In this document: in pieces, positions 39,927 to 50,205 of the stretch
Numbering within the stretch: the stretch's first letter is position 1
Layout of the letters: each line of letters opens with the position of its first letter
Assembly: GCA_965223905.1 (NCBI GenBank)
Contig: CBDCXV010000010.1
Coordinates: forward strand, 1,792,001 to 1,856,000
DNA: 64,000 nucleotides
Source of the DNA: Candidatus Latescibacterota bacterium
GTDB lineage: Bacteria; Latescibacterota; UBA2968; UBA8231
Reading direction: 5' to 3'
Notes under the pieces: generated by a model
The model's database searches: none
The model's input: the letters and a program-made list of their open reading frames with translations, nothing else
What the model was told of the DNA's origin: nothing
Program-made: the position numbers and the translations under genes

Positions 39927-41876
39927 CTAGTTCTCTTCAATCCACAACACTCGGTTGATTTCCGAGCTGCCAGCGAGGGTTTGTTTCTTGCCGTTGGCCC
40001 ACGTGACTTCGATCGAAGAATACTCGTTGTTTTCACCTAGACCAAGGTAAAGAGGATAGTCACTGTGAGATATAAAGCCAGATTTGCCGTCGTAGACCCG
40101 GTGAAGTTTTTGCCCATCTGGCAAGGCCACCTCAATTCTTGTGCCGATACCGCTGCGATTGTTTTCCACCCCTCTAAACCTCAACTTCAGATAGTTGATG
40201 CTCTTCTTGTCGGCTAGGTTACTTATGAGAATTTGAGGGTGAGAGTAGTTCTCATTGGTAACAATATCGAGATCACCGTCATTATCTAAATCGAAAATCG
40301 CTGACGAGCGGGAGCCAAGCGATCCGAAAACCGTAATAACACCTTCGTGTTTTCCTTCACAGTCGAACTTGACGTACTCGGTTGCACAATCGCGGGTAAA
40401 AATTGGGATCTTTGTTTTTTCATCCTTACGTGGTTCGATATTCAAGAGGCCAGCTACCTCGACAAAACTCTCGCCTCGCTGATTGAGCCGCAGGGAATTC
40501 GGCCAGTACCGCCATGGGTAATTCATACTGGCAGTGATAAAAACGTCCTCAAAGCCATCGGCGTTGACATCTTCAACACTCACGCCCCATGGCCAGTAGT
40601 TTTCGAGGCCCAGTTCATCGGATTTTTCTCGATAAAACACCCCGTCCTTGCCCTTGGCACCCTCAAAAAAGGCGTTTCCCCAAATAACCTGCTTGTCCTC
40701 TAGCTTCTTCAAGAAGTGTTGCTTCAGCTTTTCTTTGGGCACTTGCGAGACGGCGATATCAGATTTCAGGTTTCTTTGAGAGGGCTTAAAACTGGCCCTC
40801 GCGCTCGGTCGCCGAGGATTTGCCCAGATCATATCAGCGTGCATGTCGGTGACAAAAAGATCGAAAAGGCCATCATTGTTATAGTCGAAGCTGTTGATAC
40901 CTTGAGACCCGTGTGGGTTCTTCGGAAAATACTCTTGCGTCATGCGCTGAAAAGATTTTCCATTCTGATTGATGAAAGCTTCGTCGCGGCGATGCATGTC
41001 CAACACATAGAGATCCATCCACCCGTCCTGATTGACGTCCATTATAGTGGCATCCCCCGACCACATCTGATCGCTCAATCCGACTTTTTCAGTGACGTCT
41101 ACAAATGTGCCATTGACGTTTTGGTAGAGCTTGTTGCTTTCAAAAGTTCCCTCACGCATATGTAACATCGGCGCCTGGACGACGGGAATGTAATATCCGT
41201 CTGTTTCGTCTTTTTTTCTCCCGGTAAACTTGCCAGTATTCAAAACGTAGAGGTCGAGCCAGCCATCGCCATCATAGTCAAAAAACACTGGCGCCGATGA
41301 ATGAAGGTGCGAATCCAGCCCCACCTCTTCAGTCACGTCTCTAAAAGTTCCATCACCTTGATTGGCGAACAGGATATTGCCAATTCGCGTGGTAGTGACA
41401 TACAGATCAGGGTCGCCGTCATTGTCGTAGTCAGCAAATCCGGCGCTGGCGGCGATCTTGCCGTCAGTGCCCACGCCAGCTGACTCTGTAACATTCTCAA
41501 ATTTTCCGCCACCAACATTTCGCCACAATTGGCTGCTGCCGATATGACTGACAAAGTAAATGTCAAGCCAGCCATCGTTGTCGTAATCAGCAATGGCGAG
41601 GCCATTCTCGTGGCGATAGTAGAAAATCCTGCCGCCCGTTTTCAGGAGATCGACCATGGTCTGGTGTTTGAAATCTATGCCTGATTCCGGACGGCGGTCT
41701 TCAAACTGAAACTGGTTGAATGCCAGCATCTTGTTGCGGTTCTCAATCTGTTCGCTCTTGATTTCCTTGATCCAGTTGTCGTCGCTACCAAAGCCCTTGA
41801 ATTGTTCTTCTGGATCGGAGCAGGCGGTGACGGTCGCCGTGACTATCGACAGGTGAATGAGAGGTTTTTTGCTCAT
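39927..41876 (-). CDS. CRTAC1 family lipoprotein, visibly lower GC
   Basis: VTA-C lipobox; ADYDNDGWLDIYF, FDYDGDGWLDLYV, DLDNDGDLDIVT, GKSGFISHS..LGLG. Confidence 0.9.
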   Translation of the reverse strand: MSKKPLIHLSIVTATVTACSDPEEQFKGFGSDDNWIKEIKSEQIENRNKMLAFNQFQFEDRRPESGIDFKHQTMVDLLKTGGRIFYYRHENGLAIADYDNDGWLDIYFVSHIGSSQLWRNVGGGKFENVTESAGVGTDGKIAASAGFADYDNDGDPDLYVTTTRIGNILFANQGDGTFRDVTEEVGLDSHLHSSAPVFFDYDGDGWLDLYVLNTGKFTGRKKDETDGYYIPVVQAPMLHMREGTFESNKLYQNVNGTFVDVTEKVGLSDQMWSGDATIMDVNQDGWMDLYVLDMHRRDEAFINQNGKSFQRMTQEYFPKNPHGSQGINSFDYNNDGLFDLFVTDMHADMIWANPRRPSARASFKPSQRNLKSDIAVSQVPKEKLKQHFLKKLEDKQVIWGNAFFEGAKGKDGVFYREKSDELGLENYWPWGVSVEDVNADGFEDVFITASMNYPWRYWPNSLRLNQRGESFVEVAGLLNIEPRKDEKTKIPIFTRDCATEYVKFDCEGKHEGVITVFGSLGSRSSAIFDLDNDGDLDIVTNENYSHPQILISNLADKKSINYLKLRFRGVENNRSGIGTRIEVALPDGQKLHRVYDGKSGFISHSDYPLYLGLGENNEYSSIEVTWANGKKQTLAGSSEINRVLWIEEN

Positions 41877-42013
41877 TAGAATGACCTCAAGAGAGGGTTG
41901 ATGCTTCCTATCTAGTGGTTATCCGAGCCCACTGTCAAACGGGCGGAGTGGGCGACTAGGCGGCTGTTTCAGGGCTGTGGTGGCAGCGGCTGCTACGACT
42001 CCCAGGTACGTTC

Positions 42014-42949
42014 TCAGCGCGCTGAGATGTCCCGCGCTTCGCCCTGTCTCGTATCGAGGGCAAGGGCAAGATGATTGGCGCCGTGCCTGGATTCGAGGCG
42101 CAACGCCGTCGTGTCCTGAACAGCCGGACTGCTGCCGGGGCCCTCGAAAACCTCCCGTCCGTTCCCCCACCCCTTCACCAGACCATCGTAGCCGAGGTGG
42201 ACGTCGACCAGGTCCCCTGGCCCCACTTCGATGTCCACGACAAAGTATACGAGTCCGCCGCGGCTTTCGATGACGTTTCCGGCATCGATGAAGTTGTAGC
42301 CCGGCGTATGAGGAATACCATCCTCGGGCATACGCACCGGACGAATTTCAACGAGCCCGCCTCCGGATCCGGCTCAGGTGCCGCCTCGAGGCCGCGATGG
42401 GTCTCCACCAGATCACTGACCAGCATTTCGTCGATTAAATCGGCTCCGAAGAGGACGTCGGCTACGTAGATGTCCGGCTTCGTCCACTGGCCCAGCTTCG
42501 GGTCTTCGTTGGCGATGGCGTTGCTGTAGAGCTGAGGGAAAACCGATGGCTGTTATCCGGGCGGCGGGCGACGCCCATGTAGGAGTTGTCCGGGTGAGGC
42601 CCGGAGGGCAGCACGCAAATCAGGAAACATTCACCATCGATGACCCTGAAGATGCCCGTGTGTGCGGCATGGTCTTCTTCCTCGTGTATGCGGATGTCGA
42701 TCTGGTCCCAGCGGCCCGAGATGTAGACCCGGCCATCTACGGTCCAGCAGGCGGGACCGGTCACACTGACCTCCAGTTGCTGCATATCCCACTTCTCGAA
42801 CGGGTGTTGGCTGTGGCACAGTTTGGGTTTCTTGAGGCCGCTTTCGCACCGCATGAGCATCGTGGCCGTGCCGTCAGGCAGGATTTCCAGATAGCATTCG
42901 TTCGCCATGTCCTCCGATGAATCGTTTATTGGTCGGACATCGCCCAGTT
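42014..42949 (-). pseudogene. 3' part of Asp-box (sialidase-like) beta-propeller gene interrupted by IS256, with further frameshifts
   Basis: ANE...PDG....R, PFEKW, GP..GRVYISGR, LPSG..DNSY.G, DIYVADV; paralogous to 61844..62959. Confidence 0.75.
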
Positions 42950-44350
42950 GAGGTCACGTCAAAAGGTGTGTAAATGAGATCAGGCGACCCGCTTCAACCT
43001 TCTCTTGGTGGATGTCTTTTCGTTCTTGATGGGTTTCCCATCCTGGTATTGTTGTCCGGCGTAGACGAGGGGCAGTAATTCGGGCGCATTGAGTTTTCGA
43101 AAGCGTTTTTCTGCCACCATCAACACACGCCAAATCAGAGCGGTCGCTCCCTGGACGCGTTTGTAGCGTTTTCCGGCATTAGTCCTCAAGCGTACCGAAG
43201 CAAAGGGGCTCTCGACCGGATTGGTTGTGCGCAGGTGTTTCCAGTGCTCCTTGGGAAAGTCGTAGAAGGTGACCATGCGCTCCCAGTCGCGTTCGAGGGT
43301 GGCTACCGCCTGCGGATACCGGTCGCGGTAGCGGCGGGCAAACGTGGTACGTCGTTTCTCGGCCTCCTGGCGCGTCTCGGCCGAAGGGATCTGCGTCAGC
43401 AACGCCCGAGCCTTTCCCTGAACCCGCTTCGGCAGGTCATCGAGCACGTTGAGGATCTTGTGATTCCAGCAGCGCTGGTGCGATGCCTGCGGCCACACCT
43501 GTTCGGTGGCGCTCCAAATTGGGAGGCCCCCGTCGGCCATCAACAGCAGCGGGGCCCGCAGACCCCGATCGCGCAGGTCGCGCAGGACCTTCAGCCAGGA
43601 CTCCGTCGACTCGCGGTGGCCGGGCCACACGGCCAGTACCTCTTTCCGGCCATCACTCATGGCGCCGATGACGACCAGCAGGGCCGCCTTGTCCTTCTCC
43701 AACCCGGCCTTGACGTAGATGCCATCCGCCCACGCATACACCAGTTCGCGGTCGTCGAGACGTCGCTCTCGCCAAGTCTCCAGCTCCTCCTCCCACTGCG
43801 CCCGCAGCCGGCCAATGGACGAAGCCGACAGGGGAGCGCCGTTGCCCAAAAGCCCCCGCAAAGCCAGTTCGAAGTCACCCTGAGACAGCCCGTGCAGGTA
43901 GAGCTCGGGCAACATCCGGGTCACCTCGTGGGTACGGCGCATGAACAGCGGCAGAATACGACTCTCAAAGCGCTCTTCCAATCCCCGAACGCGCGGCCGT
44001 CTCACCTCGATGGTGCCCGACATCAACGACACCTGTCGCAGTTTGCCGTGTCCGTTGCGGGAGCCGGGGGTGCCGTCTACGGCGGACCGTCGCTGGTAGC
44101 GCGTCCGCCCCAGAAACTCCGTCACCTCCTCCTCCAGAACCCGTTGCAACAGATCCTGGATCGAGGATCGGGCCCAGTTTTCCAACGTGGCGAACGTGGG
44201 CATGGCCGGGGCTACAGATTCCAGCGTAGATTCTCTCATGGCGACTCTCTCCTTCCGTGCCCGGAGGCTACCGGGCGGTTTTGGTTGGAACTGTATAATG
44301 GAAGGTTAGGGTCGCCTTTTCTCTTTTTCCACACCTATTGAAGGTAGCTC
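42950..44350 (-). mobile_element. IS256-family insertion sequence, 1401 bp
   Basis: Imperfect terminal IRs GAGGTCACGTCAAAAGGTGTGTAAA / GAGCTACCTTCAATAGGTGTGGAAA; flanks GCCCAGTT (42942-42949) and ACCCAGTT (44351-44358), a 7/8 target duplication. Confidence 0.93.
42980..44239 (-). CDS. IS256-family DDE transposase
   Basis: RNG..R, G.IEV.RPR, LYLHGLS, WADG, ESTESW...L.DRGL, DG, QRCWNHK, LRTTNPVES. Confidence 0.96.
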   Translation of the reverse strand: MRESTLESVAPAMPTFATLENWARSSIQDLLQRVLEEEVTEFLGRTRYQRRSAVDGTPGSRNGHGKLRQVSLMSGTIEVRRPRVRGLEERFESRILPLFMRRTHEVTRMLPELYLHGLSQGDFELALRGLLGNGAPLSASSIGRLRAQWEEELETWRERRLDDRELVYAWADGIYVKAGLEKDKAALLVVIGAMSDGRKEVLAVWPGHRESTESWLKVLRDLRDRGLRAPLLLMADGGLPIWSATEQVWPQASHQRCWNHKILNVLDDLPKRVQGKARALLTQIPSAETRQEAEKRRTTFARRYRDRYPQAVATLERDWERMVTFYDFPKEHWKHLRTTNPVESPFASVRLRTNAGKRYKRVQGATALIWRVLMVAEKRFRKLNAPELLPLVYAGQQYQDGKPIKNEKTSTKRRLKRVA

Positions 44351-44823
44351 ACCCAGTTGCGGCCATCTTCACTCTCGAACCAGTGCACCCCATACGGTGA
44401 CCCGTAACGACATCCCGCGCAGTAGTGCTTGCCCCGATGCCAGACGGGACCCCACAACGCGAAATTGCAGGTCCCTTCATAGGGCTCAAAGGGCGTCGAG
44501 TGATCGCCGTCCTCCGTGACGGCACAGCCCGACAGCACCGGGTGGCTGTCGGTGGGATCGACATAACAAGTGCAGTACAACCTGCGTCCGTCGGTGTAGA
44601 GGTGAGCATCGCGCGTGTCATCGTCGCCGCGCAGCACGGCCACCGTGTCCCCTGTGACCCCCGCATCGCGACTGCGCTGGACGATGACTCGACCGGAATC
44701 GTCCTGATGGTGGACATCGCCCTGGCGATACGCCACGTAGAGATCCCCCTTGAACCAGCTCGCTCCGGTGAACGCATCGTGCAGGCGGTCATTCGTTATG
44801 CGACGGATGCTGAGAACTTTCAT
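44351..44823 (-). pseudogene. 5' part of Asp-box (sialidase-like) gene interrupted by IS256
   Basis: MKVLSIRRI..H.AFT...F.G.LYVAYRQG..H, DTRDAHL, FESEDGRNW ending at the IS end. Confidence 0.8.
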
Positions 44824-45060
44824 CGAGTTGACTCTCTATGACTTTCGTGGAAATGCCGAGCTCACCGGAACAGGGCGAGAGACTGCTCGATGTCCGCCTT
44901 ACCGCCGTGCTTCTATGCCCAAAACTCGTCGTCGTGGCTTGCGCCGGGCGCTCGTGATCACGCTCGGGCTCCGCCGGAGTGACTCCAGTTTTTGCTTGAC
45001 GCCAGCGTTCATTCAACCCACATTACCAGGAAATCTATTCCCTACTTAAGGAGGGATGAA

Positions 45061-45906
45061 ATGAAGAAAGTAGTTGTTTTAGCAGCAGTTTTCGGCTTGG
45101 TCGGCACGAGTATTGCCCATCAGCCGGAGGGGGAGCTCGAGTTTGTCGTGCAGTTTCCCGACGAGGCGGTCCCAAGTGTAGACGGGAATGATGGCGATTG
45201 GGGTGGAGTCCCGTCGAGATACCTTATGGGCTCTGACCAACTCTACAACTCGTATACTGAGGAAGGTCGCGGCCAGGACGACCGCAGCGACATGAACATC
45301 ACGCACATGGTCGGGTGGAACGACAACCTCAACAAGCTGTACTTCCTCACCAGGGTGTTCGACAACGTGCACAATACTGATCGGGCCGATCCTGGCCCAT
45401 TCTACAAAGATGACGCCCTGGAGATCGAAGTGGACACCCAGCACAAACCCCAGTCGGAGCAAAATGTGGACGTTGCCGACAGGATCGCCTACAAATTCGC
45501 TGTGCCCCCCGTTTCGGACGCGTTCTATTTCACGCGCCCCGTCGCCGGGGTAGCTGCATGGCTCGCTCCTGGCACTGAGTGGGTGGACTTTGGGTGGAGC
45601 TTCGACGGGGATGAGTTCGGCGAGAGCACCTACACTTACGAGCTGGCCATCACACCCATCGAGTCCTTTCCGAAGGACGAAGCCACGGCTCAGGACGGAG
45701 TAACAGTCTGGGACTTGGAGGAAGGTGATGTCATCCATCTCTCCATCAACGTTGGCGACATAGACGCGGGTGACGACTACCACGGCTTCCATAGCCTTTC
45801 GCCAACGAGTTGGAATACCGACTTCGCCCTGGACGAGATAGCCTCCGATTTCGCGACTGCCGTCGAGACAGATACCTGGGCCCGCATCAAGGCCCAGTTC
45901 AAGTAG
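45061..45906 (+). CDS. Exported CBM9/DOMON-like sugar-binding protein with TAVETDTWARIKAQFK tail
   Basis: AAGGAGG RBS; signal peptide SIA-H; PSVDGNDGDW, VGWND..LYF..V.DN, DALEIEVD, YTYELAI. Confidence 0.78.
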   Translation: MKKVVVLAAVFGLVGTSIAHQPEGELEFVVQFPDEAVPSVDGNDGDWGGVPSRYLMGSDQLYNSYTEEGRGQDDRSDMNITHMVGWNDNLNKLYFLTRVFDNVHNTDRADPGPFYKDDALEIEVDTQHKPQSEQNVDVADRIAYKFAVPPVSDAFYFTRPVAGVAAWLAPGTEWVDFGWSFDGDEFGESTYTYELAITPIESFPKDEATAQDGVTVWDLEEGDVIHLSINVGDIDAGDDYHGFHSLSPTSWNTDFALDEIASDFATAVETDTWARIKAQFK

Positions 45907-45942
45907 CGCCTGACGAGTAGCTGCCAGGTGTAGTGAGGAGTG

Positions 45943-45988
45943 ACAAGACCCGTGTCCCGCTTTGTGGGACGCGGGTCTTGTGTTTTCT
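45943..45988 (+). terminator. 18-bp stem-loop between the CBM9-like gene and downstream genes
   Basis: ACAAGACCCGTGTCCCGC-ttt-GTGGGACGCGGGTCTTGT then GTTTTCT. Confidence 0.8.
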
Positions 45989-46002
45989 GGCGGGAGACGA
46001 CG

Positions 46003-48129
46003 ATGTCTCACTCGGTTTTCAGGGTCGGTCTGGTTAGCCTGGTTTTGACCGGGCCGGCCATGGCCGCAAGGTCGGAATATATCCTGGCCGGGGACAGTGG
46101 AATCCCTGGCGGACAGACTTGGCCGACAGCCCTGGCGGCAGACCCCGGCTTCTACGTCGTTTTCGGCAACGACGGCAAGGCCATCGAATCCGTTCCCGTC
46201 GCCCAGGCTCCCCAGGGGGCAGGCGCCGATACCCTCATCGACTACAGCAACGGCGCCATGGAATGCGTCGACATAGACCCCACCTGGAACCTGGCCCGGC
46301 ATCTAGAGCTGGCGGATGGTCGAATTACCTCGAGCATGCAATATGGCTATCTGTACGCCGAGCTGGAATCCATCGTCAAGTCGTTTGACGGCGACCCGAC
46401 GACCGCTGCCTACCGCCCCTTTAAACAGGATCCCGACGGGCTTCCAGGCATAGGCGAGGGGTTTCGGGATAACTTCATCGTCGACTTGGGAGCGGACTTC
46501 CCGATCAACCGGGTCCGGTTTTACCCCCGCCTGGGCCGCGATGAGGATGCCCGGATCATCGAGCGGATGGAAGAGCCCAAACCGGACAAATCAGCATTCG
46601 ACACCGTGAGCTTCTCTGAAAATTACCTCGAATGGTACGAGCTCAGCGTGGCCGACCATAGCAAACCGTTCTCAAAAGATCCCACCCCCACTAGCTGGGT
46701 GCCGGGCACGCGCTGGTTCCACAGCACCGAGCGCTTTGGGGCAACGCTCGACCCGTGGTTCACGAGCCTCAAACAGACCACCGAAAATCTGGACGTGGTC
46801 GTGGATCACCGCTTCCCGCTGCGCCACGAGCGCTATGTGGCCGTCAGGCCCATCAAACCGCTGCGCGGTTGGGAAATCGCCGAGATGGAAGTCTACGGAG
46901 AGGGCTACACCAGGAAAGGGGTGTTCCTCACCAATATCCTGGACTTCGGGCAGGCAGTCAGTTGGGGCAAGATCCGCTGGGCTGGCAAGGTCCCCCCGGG
47001 CACCAAGGTGGATATCAGGACCCGCACGGGCAATGATCCGCACCCCAGCCTCTACTGGAAGCCGGGCGAGATCTCCCGCGAACTGGAGCCGATTACCCTC
47101 GAGGAGTGGGGAAAGATCGTAGGCAACAATCGTCTGGACCCCACCTACGACTGGGAAAACTGGAGCTTCTGGTCACCCCCTTACGATTTCGAATCCGGTC
47201 TCCGCGATCCGTCTACAGAGGCCGGTTTGTGGGAAGATGGCATGTCGCTGCAGTCGCCCGGCCCCAGCCGCTACCTCCAGCTCCACATTGTGCTCAAATC
47301 GACCTTCAATGCTACGCCTCGCCTGGACGCGCTGTGGATCCAGTTCTCCCAGTTTCCAGCCGCCTCCGAGCTGGTGGGGGAAATCTGGCCGATCGAAGTG
47401 GATTCTTTCGAGTCGCGCAACTTCACCTATATCGTCCGTCCGGATTTTCTCGAGGGCGATACCGGCTTCGACCGCCTCGAGATCCGCACCTATACCACGG
47501 TAGAGGAGGTCCACTCCGTCAAAATAGACTCCCGGGAGATTGATCTGTCGGATCCGAATTATACCCCCGAGATCCTGCCCGACCGGATCATCGTGAAGCT
47601 GGACAGAAAACTGCAAGACCCGGCCACCGACCGCCTCAAGCAGGTGGAGGTAAATTTCGACGCCGCCGTGCTGCGCTTTGGCACCGAATTCAAGGGATGG
47701 GTATTCAACAGCGACGACCCGGATCGCCTGAAGCAGCAGATCAAGCCGGGCAACGCCACTTTCCGCTTTGCCGGAGACGTTCTGTCGGTGCGCACTACGG
47801 TGGGGGGAGATCTGCTCGTGTTCATAGAGACTGCTCCCAATCCCTTTACTCCCAATGGAGACGGGATCAACGACGATCTGTCCCTGTCCTTCAAGGTGCG
47901 AGAGGTGGCCGTGCGTCGATCCATTCAGGTGGAGATTTACGATCTGGCCGGCAACAGGGTCTGGACCTTGACGAACAAAGACGCCACAACGGGTTCGTAC
48001 TCTTTTGTCTGGGATGGAACCAACGGCGGCGGCGATAGAGTTTCCCCCGGCCTCTACCTCTACCGCATCACCCTGGAATCTGATGGGAAGAAACACGAGA
48101 AACTTGGCAGCATAGCCGTGGCCTATTGA
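46003..48129 (+). CDS. Large secreted protein, discoidin-like domain + T9SS/FlgD-like C-terminal domain (paralog 1)
   Basis: GGGAGA RBS; signal AMA-A; VDLG.DFPINRVRFYPR, WEIAEMEVYGEG, PNPFTPNGDGIND, IYDLAG, WDG...PGLYL. Confidence 0.82.
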   Translation: MSHSVFRVGLVSLVLTGPAMAARSEYILAGDSGIPGGQTWPTALAADPGFYVVFGNDGKAIESVPVAQAPQGAGADTLIDYSNGAMECVDIDPTWNLARHLELADGRITSSMQYGYLYAELESIVKSFDGDPTTAAYRPFKQDPDGLPGIGEGFRDNFIVDLGADFPINRVRFYPRLGRDEDARIIERMEEPKPDKSAFDTVSFSENYLEWYELSVADHSKPFSKDPTPTSWVPGTRWFHSTERFGATLDPWFTSLKQTTENLDVVVDHRFPLRHERYVAVRPIKPLRGWEIAEMEVYGEGYTRKGVFLTNILDFGQAVSWGKIRWAGKVPPGTKVDIRTRTGNDPHPSLYWKPGEISRELEPITLEEWGKIVGNNRLDPTYDWENWSFWSPPYDFESGLRDPSTEAGLWEDGMSLQSPGPSRYLQLHIVLKSTFNATPRLDALWIQFSQFPAASELVGEIWPIEVDSFESRNFTYIVRPDFLEGDTGFDRLEIRTYTTVEEVHSVKIDSREIDLSDPNYTPEILPDRIIVKLDRKLQDPATDRLKQVEVNFDAAVLRFGTEFKGWVFNSDDPDRLKQQIKPGNATFRFAGDVLSVRTTVGGDLLVFIETAPNPFTPNGDGINDDLSLSFKVREVAVRRSIQVEIYDLAGNRVWTLTNKDATTGSYSFVWDGTNGGGDRVSPGLYLYRITLESDGKKHEKLGSIAVAY

Positions 48130-48138
48130 GGTGGGTAA

Positions 48139-50205
48139 ATGCAAAGGAGCCATCGCCGCAAGGCCGGAAGGAACTTCTCGCTTGTGTGCGGCTGGATCGC
48201 GGCGGTATGCATGGCGCATGCGGCCGTCGCGCTGGAAACGATTACCATCGGCAAGAATGCCCGAATCGATTGGGATGGGTCGGGGTCGAGCTTTAGGACC
48301 ATCGATCCGGAATACCGCGCCTTACTAAATCCCAACGAAATCCTCACCGGCAACGTACCGGGCGCTTTGATCTACTTCGACCATCCGGATTCTCCGGGCA
48401 GTCTCATTCCCAGACAGCTCGAGGAGGGCGAGAATGTAGCCCTCGAGGCCGTAGCGCGAGGCGGCAAGATCGAGGCTCCAAACGACAACGCTGCCGTCAA
48501 GAAAGTCCTGGAGGAGTTGCTTACCAACCAGGCTGGAGGAGAGCTCCTGGCCTATGAGATAAGGAACGCTAACGCCAACGGGGCGCTGATCGATGGCGAT
48601 CTGGGAGGCCGCTTTGGGGTCAGCCTGATCCGCTTCTACCCCCGCAACACCCTACAGCGTTCTCCCTCAACGCCTTTTCATCAGGACTTTATGAGGGCGT
48701 ACGAAGTCTACGTCAACGACGGGCTCAATCTCACCAAAGACGGTAATCCCGACTGGGGGGAACCTCTGTCGGTGAACAATGAAAACATCAACCCAGTGGT
48801 CGAGGTGAATCTCGACCCGCCCCAGTATATCCAGTCCTTCCGGCTCAAGTCCAAATCGTCAGTCGATTTCGAGATCGACGAGATCGAGGTTTTCGGCACC
48901 GGTTTTGTGCCCACTGCCCGGTACCTTTCCGATGTGTTCGACCTGGGCCTGGCCGCATGGGGCAACATTCGCTGGACCGAACGTGTCATAGGCGATTCGT
49001 CCCGGGCTCGTCTGCTGATCTCTACCCGCACCGGCAGGGACTCAACGGCGTTCGTGTACACGCGCACGCTGGCCGAGAAAGATGATGCCCCGGAAATCTC
49101 GACGTCGCTGCGCAACCGCGGCCAGCCGATGACCCGGGAGGAATATGAAGCACTCCCCGAGAGCGACGCTGCGGGCGTGGATTGGAAGGCTGGTTCGGTC
49201 AGGGACGATCTGGAAAGCTGGAGCCCCTGGAGCACGGCCTATCGGCCCGAGGGCAACACCACCGAGGGCACCCCGATACTGTCGCCGGGTCCCCGGCGCT
49301 ACATACAGTTTCAGGTACTGGCTCTGAGCGAGGATCTGGCCTCAGCTCGTCGCCTGGACAACGTCTCCTTAGAGTATCTGGTGTCGCTTCTGGCCGATCA
49401 GTTCGTGGTCGAAATTTTCCCGCGCGAAGTAGAGGCCTCTACCATCACGACATTCACCTATGCGGTGCGCCCCACCATAGAGACCGACGGGCTGCTCGGT
49501 TTCGATGCCTTTGAGATCTCCACGCCCCTACGCGTCGAGAGGGTGGACCGCATCGAAATCCTGAATTCCGATGGATCGCTGGCGGCCAAACATGACTTCA
49601 CTGCACAAGATCCCGACGCAGGCAGCCCCTTCGAGATCACGGCCATTGAGGACAATAGATTCGCCGTCCGCTTCCCGCTCGTCCTGGATAATAATAGCCT
49701 CCTCAAGATCACCTTCCGAGCTGCAGTACTGGTTTACAGTACGAGTTTCAGCGGCAGAGCGTTCCTTTCCGCCGAGCCCGACGCCATCCAGACCACCGTC
49801 CCGGGAGACGCCGCCAACCTGGGGGAAACCGACGACCCTACGCTGTCGGGGAATACAGTTTTCAGTCCCTCCATCCTCGAAGGTCGGCTGATCGATGCAT
49901 TCGAGACCGTCCCCAATATCATTACCCCGAACGGGGACGACATAAATGATGAGGTTGCCGTAGTCTACAATATTCTCAGCCTGACCAAAGCGGGCAGAGT
50001 GACGGTGCAGATCTACGATCTGGCCGGCAGACTGGTCCACACCCTGCACGACGACGACGAGCGCAGTGGCCGCTACTTCCTCGAGTGGGACGGACTCGAC
50101 GCCGAGGGGAACCGTGCTCTTCCGGGCATCTATCTGCTCTCGGTCTCTGTAGACGGAGACAGTCGCAACGATGCGCAAATAAAACCCATATCCGTAGTCT
50201 ACTGA
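48139..50205 (+). CDS. Large secreted protein, discoidin-like + T9SS/FlgD-like tail (paralog 2)
   Basis: Signal AVA-L; DLGGRFGVSLIRFYPR, FEIDEIEVFGTG, PNIITPNGDDIND, IYDLAGRLV, WDG...PGIYL. Confidence 0.82.
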   Translation: MQRSHRRKAGRNFSLVCGWIAAVCMAHAAVALETITIGKNARIDWDGSGSSFRTIDPEYRALLNPNEILTGNVPGALIYFDHPDSPGSLIPRQLEEGENVALEAVARGGKIEAPNDNAAVKKVLEELLTNQAGGELLAYEIRNANANGALIDGDLGGRFGVSLIRFYPRNTLQRSPSTPFHQDFMRAYEVYVNDGLNLTKDGNPDWGEPLSVNNENINPVVEVNLDPPQYIQSFRLKSKSSVDFEIDEIEVFGTGFVPTARYLSDVFDLGLAAWGNIRWTERVIGDSSRARLLISTRTGRDSTAFVYTRTLAEKDDAPEISTSLRNRGQPMTREEYEALPESDAAGVDWKAGSVRDDLESWSPWSTAYRPEGNTTEGTPILSPGPRRYIQFQVLALSEDLASARRLDNVSLEYLVSLLADQFVVEIFPREVEASTITTFTYAVRPTIETDGLLGFDAFEISTPLRVERVDRIEILNSDGSLAAKHDFTAQDPDAGSPFEITAIEDNRFAVRFPLVLDNNSLLKITFRAAVLVYSTSFSGRAFLSAEPDAIQTTVPGDAANLGETDDPTLSGNTVFSPSILEGRLIDAFETVPNIITPNGDDINDEVAVVYNILSLTKAGRVTVQIYDLAGRLVHTLHDDDERSGRYFLEWDGLDAEGNRALPGIYLLSVSVDGDSRNDAQIKPISVVY

